From assembly GCA_051294375.1 (NCBI GenBank), contig CM119263.1:6425645-6489644 (forward strand): a stretch of DNA of 64,000 bases, in the 5' to 3' direction. Source of the DNA: Paraspadella gotoi. Its lineage: Eukaryota > Animalia > Chaetognatha. This document shows positions 39,152-53,392 of the stretch, one piece after another. The notes under the pieces were generated by a model that did no database searches, was not told the origin of the DNA, and was given only the letters and a program-made list of their open reading frames with translations. Every line of letters starts with the position of its first letter. The stretch's first letter is position 1. Position numbers and translations under genes: made by a program.

Positions 39152-42100
39152 AGAGAGTGGAGAGAGAAAGATGAATCAATACATTAGGCAATGTACAACA
39201 ATGATAATTAGAGAATAACTAAATGTATAACTATAATTAAATAAGTTAGTTATTGACTGAGTTTGAATTTGAAGTAAGACATAGAGTCGAAACAAATTGT
39301 TGTTCAAAAAAGAATTTTTCGTTACACTCCTTAAAAAAATTCTCTGTAAATAGTTTCCTCTTTTTCGTCGTTCAATTATTTTGTAGCCGCTCGATTTCAT
39401 TAATTTTTTCCTCTTTCCCAACCAAGGTGAAAGTCTCATGCGCGAAGACCCAAACAGTTCGTCACCGGTGGAGCGTGTGGAGGTTCGAGGACGGTGAGCG
39501 AACCAAAAGCGTACGGTTGGAGGATGGTCTTGTCACAAATTTGGATCATCGCAGTATTTATCTGCCGGAAGGAAGCCTCGACGTCGGTCATTACGTCTTG
39601 GACGTTCACGTAAGCTTATAAGTTTTGCTTCGATTTCTAATGTCTATGCTGCTTTGTACTTAATTTTTATTAGTTTTCTGACTTTTTTAATAACTTCAAT
39701 TGCACTTGTGAAATCGAGGTATCCATGAACGGCACGATTCTCGAGGCAAACGCATCTTGCAAAGTGGACATCACCGATGAGCCTCTCAAGCTTTTTGTGG
39801 ATGGCGGATCCTTCAAGCAAGTTTTCGTCTCGGAAGCGGTCGTTGTCAACTCTCGCATTAATCGAAAGTCGTTGGAAGGTTCGCGAGACTAAGTTAATTT
39901 ACAAAGTAGTGGGAACCGCTAACCCCCTTTTTGATTAACTGTAACTTACCTTCCAGGAATCGCCTTGGCCTGGGATTGTTATCCTCTCGATGGCTTCGGG
40001 AAACCCTGTTTCCTCAGCTCTGTGCCGCTTCCAACCAACGTCACCTCTGTCTCCGTTCCGGCGTCGTCGTTCGACGTCTCCAACGGCGCCGCCTTCGTCT
40101 TCAACTTGACGGCGACCACTGCCGGCGCCAACGCTTCCGTCGATCAAGTCATCCAGATCGTCGATCGCGGGTTGTTGAGGTCAGTTGTTGTTGTAGTTTT
40201 GAAATGGGCTGAAATTGCCTGATGACTAAATTTTTAATTTTTGTTATAATTATGTGAAAATTATTCACTAACCTATTTTTTCTGTCTCCCTGACAGCCTC
40301 GCGGTGGAATGCGATCAATGTCGATCCGGGCGCGTCAACTCGAACGAGCGACTTTACCTGCGAGCCCTTTGCAACGGAGCTATTTGTGATCGTGGTGCGG
40401 TTGAGTTGAAGTGGTCGCTAAGTCTGGTATTGGACGGATCGCAACAGGATTTCAACGGTGAGTAGGCGTCGTAGTTTCCTTGCTTTGCAATAGGTTTTGC
40501 AAGAATACAGAATGTAGTCCATCGATATTCGTTGATGTATTTTAAGGTCCTGTCCAGAAGCGACCTCTATTTTTTGGTACATATCCTTTGTTAGTCTCCC
40601 ATGTTTGGTTTTTTGTTTACTAGGAAACAGATTTTAATTATTCTCGGTGTCAGTTGTCACCTTCCTTTCTAATGAGTCTAAAAGAGTCCGTCCTCGCAGA
40701 CACAAGAAAAAGAGCCCAAGTTTTGTTTAAAATGGAACAGAAATGGAAAAAATACGTGATCCGCCTCCTATGCACTCGTTGCTTCTTTTCTTTCTAATCG
40801 CTATAGGGCCTCAATCAGTTAGTTTTTCCTGAGCATCTGTTTTTTTCCATATGATATGATGAAAGATTAAGAGCATTTTTCATGTAGCAATTATTGTTTT
40901 AAAATAAAAATTATTAATAACTTTCATCGGCGAAACTAAAAATGGGCTAAATTTTTAAAAAGGTGAAAGTTTATGATAATATGATGAAACTTGAAGCTTT
41001 CCTGAAAAAACACAAAAGTCTCAAATTTTTGTTCACTTTGTCTCACGACTTTTTCTTTCCTTCTTGTTCTCCCGTCGCTGGGGAATTGTTTAATGTTTGG
41101 TCGGCGAGAAAGAAGAAGGAAATGAAATTCCCCGCCAAGGAATCGTGTTTTAGCGCCAAACCAACGTTTTCCAAGTCAAGGTGAAAAGTAGCCTTGGAGG
41201 CTTTTCCCTCCTTGCGTACGTGCTGCCACAAAAATGACGAGGACCGCCGGACCGCCGTCCATTATACGACGGACGACCCCCTGTTTACCGACTTTACCGT
41301 CGATGTTTGCCAATCCTATCACTCGGGGTTCCTCTCTTATTTTCGGATAATTTTTTTTCATGTACGACTGAAAATGCGCGTTCGTGATAGTTTTAATTCT
41401 TGCTAATGACGATTTTAAAGTAACCGTTACAATTTAAATGCCGTAATTTCGTTTATTTTAAAATAAAAAAGTTTTTTAATTGCTATTCGCTAACGGAGGT
41501 CGTTTTCTTTTTATGAGTTGTCCTGCGGGGAAGGAAGAAGCAATTATTGATTTTCTTTGCTGCTCAGCCGATTCCACGCCGATTCCACGCTGATTAAGGC
41601 TGAAATAGAGCAAATCCTCTGAGAGTGGAAGGAGCAAGAAAAATCGATGCTCTCAGAAAATATTAGGAAAATGTACGATCAAACGAAACTCGTACGGAAC
41701 GTGCAGAAAAATAACATTCACTCTCAGTTTAGACTTTTCTTACCTAAACAATGATAACAATCATAGAGGAGGGAAACACTGAATTGATCTAAAGAAAAAT
41801 AGACAGTTTTCTGAAGCATGCTTTATTTCAAAAAAATATTTGTATTCAACGCACCACTTGAAGTTGAAAGATTCTTTTTTCTGAAAACTCCGCTACGGAA
41901 AAATCCAGAAATCTTGCTCTTTTTGACATTTAACGACCGAGGGTCGTTTTTGTCCAGTTTTATTCGAACAACATCGAAAACGTGCGCAGATTTCGTTATA
42001 TAGTTTTGCGAAAATGAAGAAGTATAAGCTACATTGTGACCATTTAAAACCCGTCGCTAGAAAAAAATTCACCATACGAAAAAGTGTAAAGATTTTAATA

Positions 42101-43436
42101 TTTTGACAAAAAGATACTAGAAGACAAAACCGATACATTTTTTATGTATAGATATCATGTCCTTCGGCATACTTTTACTTAAAAAGTGAGAGGTAAATGA
42201 TGGCTTGAAAAATTATCTCCTCGCTCGATCGCTCAATGCTTTTAAATGAAAAAAAATTCTTACTTTCCGGACGATTTATGAAAAAGTCTTGAAAATTAGC
42301 AATCATATTGATTTTGCCTTAAAGCCCTTAAAAAATTGTATACTATGATATATTTTTAATTCTGTAGCATAAAAAATATTTTCTTAACAAGGCTTTCTTA
42401 TGATACCTATATTATTACATTATTATTACAGATTAATTTTTTACCAGAGCCATAAATTCCAGGTGACGAATTTCCTTTTATTCTTATTGAAAAGCTCGAA
42501 TTTACTCCTATCTTTTTACAAAACAAAATCAATTATAAAGAAATTTATACATAATGTATGCCTCATGTCTTTATCTATATAATAAAATTTTGAGTTCAAC
42601 CGAATTTCAAATGGTTATTAAAACCTCCGCTAACTATTCTAATCTCGTCTCATGCCCAAAATTGAGGAAAGTTGTTGTTGCGACGTCCGTTTCCCGGTAC
42701 ATCCATCCATTATTTAGCGATCTTTATCAACTTTTCATGTTTTTCTCGTCGGCAACAATTTTCCTCCGGTACGTGAGGGTGCGCGCTATCACGCGACGAC
42801 GTGACGCGGTCGCTGGGAACGTCACGTGAAAGGTCACGTGTCGCGCCGCGTAACGCGCCTCGTCCTCGTCGACGTCCCTTGTCTCTCCATCCCAGTTTTT
42901 TCTCCGCCTCTCGTGTTTAACGTCTCCGCAACGAAAGGGCTTCTTTCACTTTTCTCTACTTTACCCTTTTCTTATTCATTCCTTACTCGGGAATGGAGGC
43001 ATTGACTTGTAATTTGTAATTTTAATTTTTTTTTATTTAACCTTCATAAAGTTTTTTTTCAACGTACTTTTCCTCTTCAAAATTTTTTTATGAATGTTTT
43101 ATCCTACTTCATAATTCAAAACCAAAAAAAGTTTTATGATTTTTAATATGACTTTCAGACTTATTTTGTCCGTTGAAGCGATGAGAAACGAGCTGCACCG
43201 TAATATTTGCCACTTCTGAATTTAAAAACGCCTTTCTCTTCACGCCAGAATTCTCATTTAGCGACCTCGAACGAGATATATATATATGAAATTGGTACAA
43301 CCAATATAAAAATTATCCATTCATTTAATAAATAAGCTATCTTGCCCCTGACTTTGGACAGGCTTTGGTGGTTTAAGGCCTCCATCACTCTTACAAGATA
43401 ATGTCATAGCAGGTCCCTGCAAGCTTTCAATCAAGA

Positions 43437-43512
<76 letters not shown>

Positions 43513-46500
43513 AAGAGAGACAGCGTGCGAGATATAGAGCCGGGCTCCTTCATTCCCTGAGTCGGGCGTGTGGAAGAGGATGAAAAGGGGAATACTTCAC
43601 TCCTTTCTTTTCTGGGTGGTTGAGAACTTCCAAGGATGAACCGATCGAGTCAGCTTCTTTAACGTGTTAAACTCGAAATGATTTATTGTGTGAAAAATAC
43701 TTGTATGGCTTCCGACCATCCTTTTCTTGATTGATGGGTCTCTTTTAACTCACTTCTTTCCACTTACAACTCCGATTTGGCATAAGTGGGGAATTTTTTT
43801 TTCCTGTTTTCCTGTTAATCAGCTTTAAAATTACTCTTAACTTGATAAATTTTTTTATCAAGTTTCTAACATATAGAAACTTGAAACTGAAACGAAAAAA
43901 ATAAATTCACAAGATTTTTGTTGTATTTTTCTTGTTTAATTTGATTTAAAACCTTTGGTTAAAATTTCTATCTTCACCATCTGCGTTTAATTTCCTCTTG
44001 GGAGTTTCTTCGCCTCGTTCCTTCTCAATCCACGAAGGCATCATAAGCATTGACTCTGAATTCTCGCCCCTCGAACAGAAACTTTCCGCTCAAACTAAGG
44101 ATTGCGATCGAATGGCAAAAAAAAAAGAAATAAAAATTAAAAAAAAAACACTTTCTTTTCGATGCGTTTACTGCTCAACACTGACTTGTTTATTCCCGAC
44201 TAACAAAAGAAAAATATAACTCGATTTAAAAAAAAAAACTGATGTAAAAAAAGCACGGAAGTAATTCAATTGTATAGGTGCCGAGAGAAAACCATCGTTC
44301 GGACTTCGCCAACAAATTAAATTCGGCTCAATCACGTCTTTAAAGTGGCGATTTGGTATGAGAGCATGGTTTGAATCAGCTTAAAAAAACCTATATTTAT
44401 TTTTGTTCTTATACAGTCCGATCGGATGACACACCTGCACAATTGCTCAGTTAATTACGAAGCAATGTAAAAATAATCTCTAAATGTTGAAACTTTCCGA
44501 AGCAGCATTTGTCAAACGAATTGTAATTAACTCTTCGAACTTAAAAAACACGTAAGTTTATTTTCAGTTCCGATCTCTTAAAACAATTATTTACAACTGT
44601 AATGATTGTTGATCTTACTCTGTAGTCTACACCTTGTTAGTGTATATCTGTTTCGAATTAAATTTTATTTTTGGCAGAGATTGTGATGGTTGTGACAGTA
44701 ATGTGAAGATGATCTGTTTATATGATTAAATCCGTTTTTGGCGGTTAATTTTATCTGTTACTCTTTCTTAGTATTAACTTGCCTACTTTAACGGTAGTAT
44801 TTCATACCCCGTTACTCGTCCGAGAATCAGCAGCACCTATGGCGCCGGAGGTAGCACGAGCTCCTCCCAACCCAAAGGACTCAGCTTCACGCCCTGCTGA
44901 TTCGCACAGAACAGCGCGACGGGGGCGTCTCACCCACCTATAGTGACTGACTACAGCCCGATCCGAAGTTCGGGACCTTGTGTGCAACGGACGGTGAACT
45001 GCTCGCGGCATCGTCTTCCACACTGCAATATTTTTAGTTGCGCCGCTAGTACTCAATAAGTCACTTTTCTGTTGGTTGATATGTCTGACAATCGGTCTGT
45101 ACTACTTGCGTTAAAAATATTTATGAGTTGGATAATAATTCATTGATTTGTTTTATCTTTTTTAGGTACTGTGCATTAAGTATGCTTGTTCAGTCACGTG
45201 ATTTTTTTACTGAAGATTACATGACCCGATATTAAATGCTGCATAACTCGTGAAAAACTGAGTTTTTTTAATAATTATTTGGCAGAATAGTGAAGTATCT
45301 GTGAATGATTCTTGTGTAATGTGTATGTGTTTTATAAAATTGGTACAACCAATATAAAAATTATCCATTCATTTAATAAACAAGCTATATTGCCCCTGAC
45401 TTTGGACAGGTTTTGGTGGTTTAAGGCCTTCATCACTCTTACAATCTTATATTTGTTTAGTCACATGACTGCAAAACTGGTGAAGTAATCATAAAGTAAA
45501 TGCGCGTATTTGGCCTAAAATTTGTTCGTTTTAATTAAAACTTTGTAGATTAACCATAGAATGTTTATCACTCCTATATTTTAAAGTTATGTTGTCTCGT
45601 TATTACGCAGGAATACATGTGATAATAAAGTCACTATGGCGCATCACATTGAAATTACCGTTTTTATTTATGCAAATGAATGTTTGATACAATCATTATA
45701 ATTTTGATAGGAAAAAATAGCAATAGTTTTGAGCAGAACATAATGAGTAATAAAAGGAAATTTTAACTCTCGTACCTTTCATGAAAAACGGTTTAAAAAA
45801 GTATTGCCGGCCATAATGTAAAATGTAAACAAATTGGGTCAAACACCGAGCCTTGAAATCTGCCATCATCGGATTTCAATTTGTCTGATTTTAAAGACAT
45901 TTTATAAAACATTATTTTATTGTATCCTGAACGCCTCAAAAAACCGAATAGCTTATTTATTAGTACTGTTGCATTAAATCCCGCTTTCCCAGTCTCAAAC
46001 AGATCAGTACTGTTATAAAGGATGTTTTATCACTTAAGGATCAAGGTATAAACTTTTGTAGTATAAAAATAAATAAAAAATAATCTTTATTTATAAAAAT
46101 TTATCTAAGTACTTTTGCTAAACCGTTGGAACCCAATGCTGTTCGAAATTAAGTTTTTAAAACGCGCCAGAAAAAGGATTGTCGGAAAAGATTGGTTCCA
46201 TTGAATGTGAGGAAGAGAGAGCGCCGCGGGTAGAATTTTTCAATCAGAATCTTGGAGCGCGCGCGTGCTCTCAGACAAGAAGTGGGTCCCCGAAGGAAGG
46301 AGATTATGAGTTTCATTATTTCGGTAAATATGGCCAAGCACGATATCACGCACGCGGGATAAGTCACGTGACGAGGGTCGCAGCAAGGGAAACGGATATT
46401 AGATAAGATTTTGAGCCTCTTTCGATTTCACCCGCTCCCGTCAACTTGCACTGATTTTTATCTCCACTTGCATCCAACCAATTTTCTTTTTTTTTTCAAA

Positions 46501-49500
46501 CTTTTTTATAATCTATGCTTTGCCCAAGATTGCCTTTAATGTATCGGTTTTTACAGGTCTTAAATTCCCTCAACATTGGTTATAATCTCATTTCTAATAA
46601 TATCATTTCCCCGTTTTCCCGTTTTTATTTAAACTGGATTTTAATGTTTACCGATTATTGAGCTGTTTCACTCTGACGCCTGAACTCCTCGAAGAGAAGA
46701 TCCTCACAAAAAAAAAAAATCTCGCGTGATTCTTTTCCCTAATAAAAATAAAAGGACATAATATCGCGAATAATGGATCGCTCCCTGCCGCTTAAAATTA
46801 TATATTAAGCCTCGCATTGCAGGAGTCAAAAAGAAATTTCTCTTATTACGAGTTATTATTTAGGACATTAACTTAGTGATGTTGTCCAGATATTTTTTTA
46901 AAGTTTTATTGCGGTTCTACTTTCCTCAACCGTCTCTCATTAAGCTTTTCAGTGTAGTGGCCTCAGAAAAAAACGAAAGGGTTTTTAACAGATTCGCCAA
47001 GTCAAGTATTTAGTTGTTTTTTTTTGTTTTTTTTTTCTGAAAAGAAAACGGAGCAAACAAATAATTGCGGTAATGGTTGCAAAAACTTATATATGTTAAC
47101 AATCAAAGTGAAGTATTTAGTAAAAAGAAACAATTATTTTTTCGTCACTGTCTCTAGTACAAAGTAACCTAAAATCGTTTCCGACATACTAACCAAATAC
47201 TGTTTGTTCGTTTAGCGAACCGAGCGACAGCTGGTCGCTGCCAAGTTTACCCAATGTCCTCGGTTGAGAAGGAGCTCGTCTCTCAAAGCCGCTTTTCAAA
47301 CTCCAAATCCCGCAGGGGAGAAAGAGCTGTCGCCCATCCCTTTTTTCTCCTTCGACCCTCTTTCGTCGGCGTCTCCCAATATCCGGTGACGTGGCGGTCG
47401 TTTAGCTCAGCGCTCCGGCTCTGCTTCCGCCGTGTCGAGACAATCTTATCGGACCGAAAAGGGGAAATTAGGGGAACTCGATTAGATTCCGTGGAGAAAC
47501 TTGATGAAAAAAATTTTTATGACCTCTAACTTTTCGGTGTACTGAAACGGGGCGATTCGCCCTGGAAATTTTTTTCAACGAGCTTGAAGAATAAAATCAT
47601 GTATAATATGTATTTATTTTGGTTTAATCTGTATTGTTGCGTACCTACCATGAGGACACTCGGTGGAAAAAGTATTTAGGATTAGTATTTAGGATTCGCC
47701 ACTGTTTGTCGAAATATTGATCCAAAAAATTTTCATGCCGGTGCATTAATGTGACTTGAGATCGAGATCAGAGAAAACCCAACTCCGAACGAATTTCAAA
47801 TCGGATTCGGAACCATCTGTCGGCCTTCGCTTTTGCTTAAATAAATTTAACTCCTTCGTATGTCCATTTGCGAATTACACCCATGAAATATTTACATAAG
47901 CTGTTGTTTTAATATAAACTGGATAATGGATTGTGGCAGCAAGACTTAAAGCTGCCTCACTGCTGTCCGTCCTCAGCCTCGTCTCAATGGCTGAGCAGGC
48001 TAAATCATCTCATTCCATCCGTGCGTCCCGGGTTCAATCCCTGGGTATCCCGGTTCTGGCTTAAATGTGACGGTGCCGGTATAAACATGCCAGTGACAGG
48101 AGGCGGTCACTGAGGGTCCGCAGCCCCTATGCCAGTTGGTGAGATACCCCGCGCCCCGGGTATCACATGCTATCCTCCCGTTGCCATAGGATATCCTTTC
48201 CATTTTTAATTTACCATTAATAATTTGATTTAATGCCGTCGAATAAGATAATTAAAAATATGGTGGTTTTTGTTTGGCATGGTTAAAAGTATGAAATGTT
48301 TTACATTTGCTGAACATAAGTGGACGATTGTTAAACATGGGCTAAATTGTACATTCGCCGACCGGAATTTTGTGGTCGGTTTTTCGTTTCTTATGAGCGA
48401 TATATTAAAATTTCATTACGTAAAAAAACAATAATAGTAAAAAAACTTTTAATTAAATATTTTATTTTGAAAACTATCCCTATCCCGAACCACAATTAAC
48501 CCTAACCAATTAAAGAAGAATGTAAAAAAAATTTTTGTCAACTAACGAAAATGTAAAAAAAAACATAAAATTAAAATGAATATTCATATTATTGTGTAAA
48601 CTGAAACTCGAGGATATTGTTAGAGGGAAAAAAAAAGTTAGGGTAGTTAAGGTAAAAAAGTCGAAAAATAAATTTACCCGAAACCTGATTAATAAAAAAA
48701 TAGTTGTTAGAAAATTTGTTTATAAAAAAAATTAAATTTGAAAATAATATGGTTTAACGGGCATAAAGGCTGTCGGCGAAAGAAAAATTTTACCATTTAA
48801 CGTATAACAAAAATTAATTTCCCTTGTATAATTACTTTAAACATTCGGAAACAACTGTTTACTACTTCATTGAATTTATTTTATGCCCTTTGTTGGATGT
48901 AATATCAATGTTTTTTTCATAACTATTTCATGTATTTGGTTTTTAGTTCCAAAGTTATCTTTTTCAACGATTCATACATTTTCACAAGTTTTCCGCCACT
49001 ACGGTATATTTGCATAAAATTATTTTGATAAGTCTTTAACTCTTTTGTAACAGGAGATTGAGAAAACTTTTGAGACCCTTAGTGATTTTATTTAATTTTC
49101 TCTTTTCCACCCCCACATTTTTTGGCTTTGCTTTTGCAAGAGAATCTGAGGTGTTTACTCCCTGGAGGGTTGTCGGAATTTTCTTCACATCTGGTCACGT
49201 GACGTCATCTTTTCAGCAGTCTTCAATTTGTCTAACACATTTTCCCGCGATTATTTCTCTGGATAGAAAAAATTTTGCATAATATTTCGGTTTTTTTTAG
49301 CTGCCTTGAAGAAATATTAAAGAAACGATTGCAACACATTGAGCGTAATCGACTCTAACCCTGGTTTTATTTTTTTTTCTTTAGAGAAAACAAAGTGTTT
49401 TTGAATTTTTTACGATTTTATTTTAATAGACGGACATGTTTCGACTCTTTGAATTCGTGTCTTCATCAGCATTTTTTTTCCCTATATTTTGACAAATAAT

Positions 49501-51564
49501 CTTCCATAGACAGATTTTGCCACTTCGAGCTGTTTTTTGGCCATATATTTTATTTTGCTTTTTCTTAATTTCCTTTTAGAAGTCACAAATGGATGCATGC
49601 GGGAAAATGATGCTGGGTCATATATCGCCAGAGACAAAAGCTCCGGAGGTAAGATCATTCGTTTTTCTGTTTGCCTTTAGATCTGTACTGTATGATGTGC
49701 TTTAATTTTTTCTGGCCTGCGAGGCTCCAAAGGGATGCTCGTTTAAAAGTTTTTGCAATAAGTTGCATTTAAGAAAACTCCATTTCTTAAAGAGCTAAGC
49801 TAAGCTACATATATTATGAACACACCCACCTCTTCGACATAACTTTTTTTATTTTGTGGTTTTGCACATAAGTGGCGTCGTCGTCGTCGTTGTCGTTGGC
49901 GTTCCAAATTATAGATCGCCTTTTTGATGATTAAATTTATATACAGCTTCTCATCATCGATGTCCTTAAAATTGAGTCTGGTCAGTTATTAAATATGTTT
50001 TGTTTACGTTTTAACAAAACAAACAAATTTTCTCTTTTATTTTTATATTTATTTCTCTCTCTTTTCTTTTTTAATTACATGTCTCTCTCCCTCTCTCTTT
50101 TCCCAAGTCACTGAAAAAAACGAGTCTGCAGCTGGCTCTGCAGGGGCTTATTCTTTTTCTCTCTTTTCTCCTGCTGCTTCTGCTGCTGCCTTTTGATTTT
50201 TTTTTTTCTCTCTCTCTCTGCGTTTTTATTAAAAAAATTTAAATAGGATTGAACTCGTAAAATTAGGCATTGCATTTGTGCATGTTATCATTTTGCTATT
50301 GCAACATCGGGTTTTTATTTCGTTTTTTTTTTCAGGGGCTGCGTCTGCTGATTAGTTTATTTTTTGACAATGACAATTTTTTTTCTTCTTTTTTTTCAGA
50401 AACTGTAACTTTAATTTTCCTCGGTACTTTATTATTTTTTTCATTACCAATCGTAAAATATAGTTTTTCTTTCTGTTTATAAATTAATTTTTATTTTTTT
50501 TAGTATCAAAATTTGTCGTCAATCCAGATTTTTCTCATGCAATTGCGACGATCCTTATGCTTTTAAGATTTTTTTAACGTAGTATTAACCGTAAAATATA
50601 ATTCTTTCTTTCTTAGCCACCTTTCGCTCCTACAACGACGACCCTCTGACCGCTAGCCGAGCCTCTCGCCGCTCGCAGATAGGATTGCCGGAAGTCGATC
50701 GCGATGCGGTGGCCCCGGGTCTTGCGGAACAATGGCCGCCGTCGCGGTGGCGGCTGCAGCAGGAGCCGCAGCAGTCACAGCGTGGCCAACGAAGCGGTCA
50801 CTCCCTTTTCGACGACGGTTCGGGTTTCTCCGCCGCGGACGGACGGACGGACACCCGACACCAGGGCGCCGACCAGTCGCTGGATACCCGACACGAGGGG
50901 CTCGAGTTACGGTCGGTCAACGGGTCGCCCGCCTTGACCGAAGGGGAGGGTAGTAGACGTCGTCGTTCGCTTGGACGACGAGGGCAAAGAGGAGGAGAGT
51001 GGAAGGAGGAAGATGGGGAGGAGAGTGAAAGAGGGGGTGGACGAGATAATCGAAGACGGCAGAGCGCGGGACGCGACGGGTTTTCACGATCTATCGAGCG
51101 GCGACCCCAGATGGACACGCCCCTGCTTTCGGGGCAGAGGAGGAGCGGTGGAGGTAAGCTGAAAAGATATTTTGTTTGTAAAATTATCAGAGTTGCAGTT
51201 TATGCCGAAACTCTCCATACTGACCTTTATTTTTTTATTTATTTTTTATTTATTTTTTTTTTTTTTTGCAATTTTCAGATCCTGTGGATCTTTCCCCCTT
51301 TCCCGGTCCCGATTCCAACCCCGTCGAAATGGGGTGGGGTCAGGAAGGAGCTTCCGGGGGACGACAACCCAATAACCCCGCCGAACCGGAAACCAAACCA
51401 GGTAGAACTTGCTTTTCTTTTTGGTTTTTCCGGGTGGAAATAAAGGCTAATGGGAGAATAAATACGGAGAAAAAAAAAAGACCCAAACTTTTTGCAGCTT
51501 AATCGGGGGATCTGTTTGTTTTCTTTTTGTTTTGTCTTTTTGTTTTTTTTTGTTTTGTCTTTTC

Positions 51565-51601
<37 letters not shown>

Positions 51602-53330
51602 TTTTTTTTTAGACCTGACACTATCGACTATCCCCTCAAAAAAATTAATTCACTTACAATTCAAAAATAAATGTTCGTTCTCATCTTTTCGCTCGATGGC
51701 GAATAATTTCGTTTGGTCATCCTCTATTTTTTTTCGGTCGCCATCGGAATTACAACATTTTCTAGATTCTCTCATCTTTTGATTCCTCCTAATATTTAAT
51801 TCAGCGCGGCTCTCAATTAATTTATCCCCTTTTTCATCAGATCCCGAGAATCCTGGTCCAGTAATTCCCCAGGGAACGAACGCCGAGGCCGATCACGTCA
51901 CGCACGTGATCCGCATGAGGGATCAGCGCGTGACGCTGGCCGCGGCCGACGTCGCCACGCCGACCGACTCCCCTCAACTTGTCATCAATGCCGACGTGCT
52001 CAAACCAGGCCGAACGTACATCGTCAGGGTGACGGCTTCCTCACCCGGTGAGTTCTTTAGATTTTCTTGTTTCTTTTCGTTGTCGCTTTGTCAATCCGCA
52101 TCCTATATAGTTTTTGTTCAATTTTGATCTTTCTTTTATCATATTTTCTTCTTTTTTTTCTTTCTCTTTTTCTCCTTATTTTTTTCTTTTTTTTTTCTCT
52201 GTCAAAACACAAAAGAAGACGCGCGCGCACAAGCCGCATTCGAACTCTCGAATGAAAAATGACCTATCGGGGGTGAGGGTCAAAGGGCACGACTTTTTCG
52301 GGGTTGACCTTTTTTTGTGTGTGTGTGTGTATGCGCGCGTGCGTACTTGGCACTCTGCAGTACTCGTCTAGCTTCCGCGCCATTTTAGACGCATTTATAT
52401 AAATTCCTTTCTCGTCGTTTTTATCTCTCAGGAGGGTGGTCCCGTTCGGTGGCACCCCCCACCTCCACCTCCCTGACAGTAGTTCGAGTCAACCGAGGCC
52501 CTTTCAAGGGGAAGTGCGCCGTCTCCCCCGATGAGGGCGTCGAAGCCGAAACTCCTTTCAGGCTGATTTGCTACGAATGGAAGGACGAGGACGACAGCCA
52601 TTTGCCCCTCACTTACCAAATTGATTTTCGGACGACGCCGTTTGGCCTCAAAGTAAGTTATGCTCTATTTTTATCCTCTCACTTCTTCTTTCCACACTCG
52701 CGGGAAAATGTCTTGTTTCGTTCTCACTAAAAGCAGGAATGGCTTTAAAAATCTTAGTCCCATAGAATGTAAAAGGAAAAAAATCGTAGAATAACAACGG
52801 ACATTTATTTCCCCAATCTCAAATTTTTACTAAGCAAGTCAATCTGTTTCTTCCCTCCTTTCACCTACCTTTTCACTATCCCCAATTTTAAATGATTTAC
52901 TATCTCTTTCAATGTCTCGATCTCTCAGACTTGGACGGACGACGCTCGCGGCGCCAATCTTATTTACTCCGGGTTAAAACGAGACTTGACGTTTCGACTT
53001 CCGGCCGGCAACGCCGACCGTCACTTCCTCGTTTACCTTCGCGTCGCCGTTTTCGACGCCCTCGGTGCCAGGACGCCCGTTTGCGCCTTTCCGGTCAAAG
53101 TCCGTTCCATCGCTTCGGTGAGTCGACCGGAAAAAGGGAAGTCCTGGGATTCGCGCGGCTCCATTCTTTCCACTTTTCCCAAGTATAATCCCGCTCTTAA
53201 TTTTTCGAAGTTAGAAAAGGGAAACAAAGTGAGAGAGAAAGATCAACAGAGGGCAGTGATGCTAGAATTTGTTCAATGTCACGATTTCGCTCTCTCACCT
53301 TTTGACGCGCCAAAACACAAACCAAAAAGG

Positions 53331-53392
<62 letters not shown>

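Larger units (their letters stand above)
30483..44412 (+). repeat. ~6.9-kb near-identical tandem duplication (~30483-37380 vs ~37400-44412), probably an assembly artefact
   Basis: The copies differ mostly by 1-bp indels; the first copy's exons are frameshifted and the second's are intact; N gaps lie near both starts. Confidence 0.85.

Noticed and set aside
30483-44412. Exon-block duplication as a real domain expansion
   Set aside because: Differences are mostly homopolymer indels, only one copy keeps its frames, and N gaps sit at the starts; likely an uncollapsed overlap (check read depth).
47981-48050. Functional tRNA gene
   Set aside because: A and B boxes are present but the acceptor and anticodon stems are poor, and it is embedded in a TSD-flanked element.
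48331-48800. Possible MITE with cctaac motifs
   Set aside because: Only a short imperfect inverted match (ttcgccgac/gtcggcgaa); ends could not be fixed.
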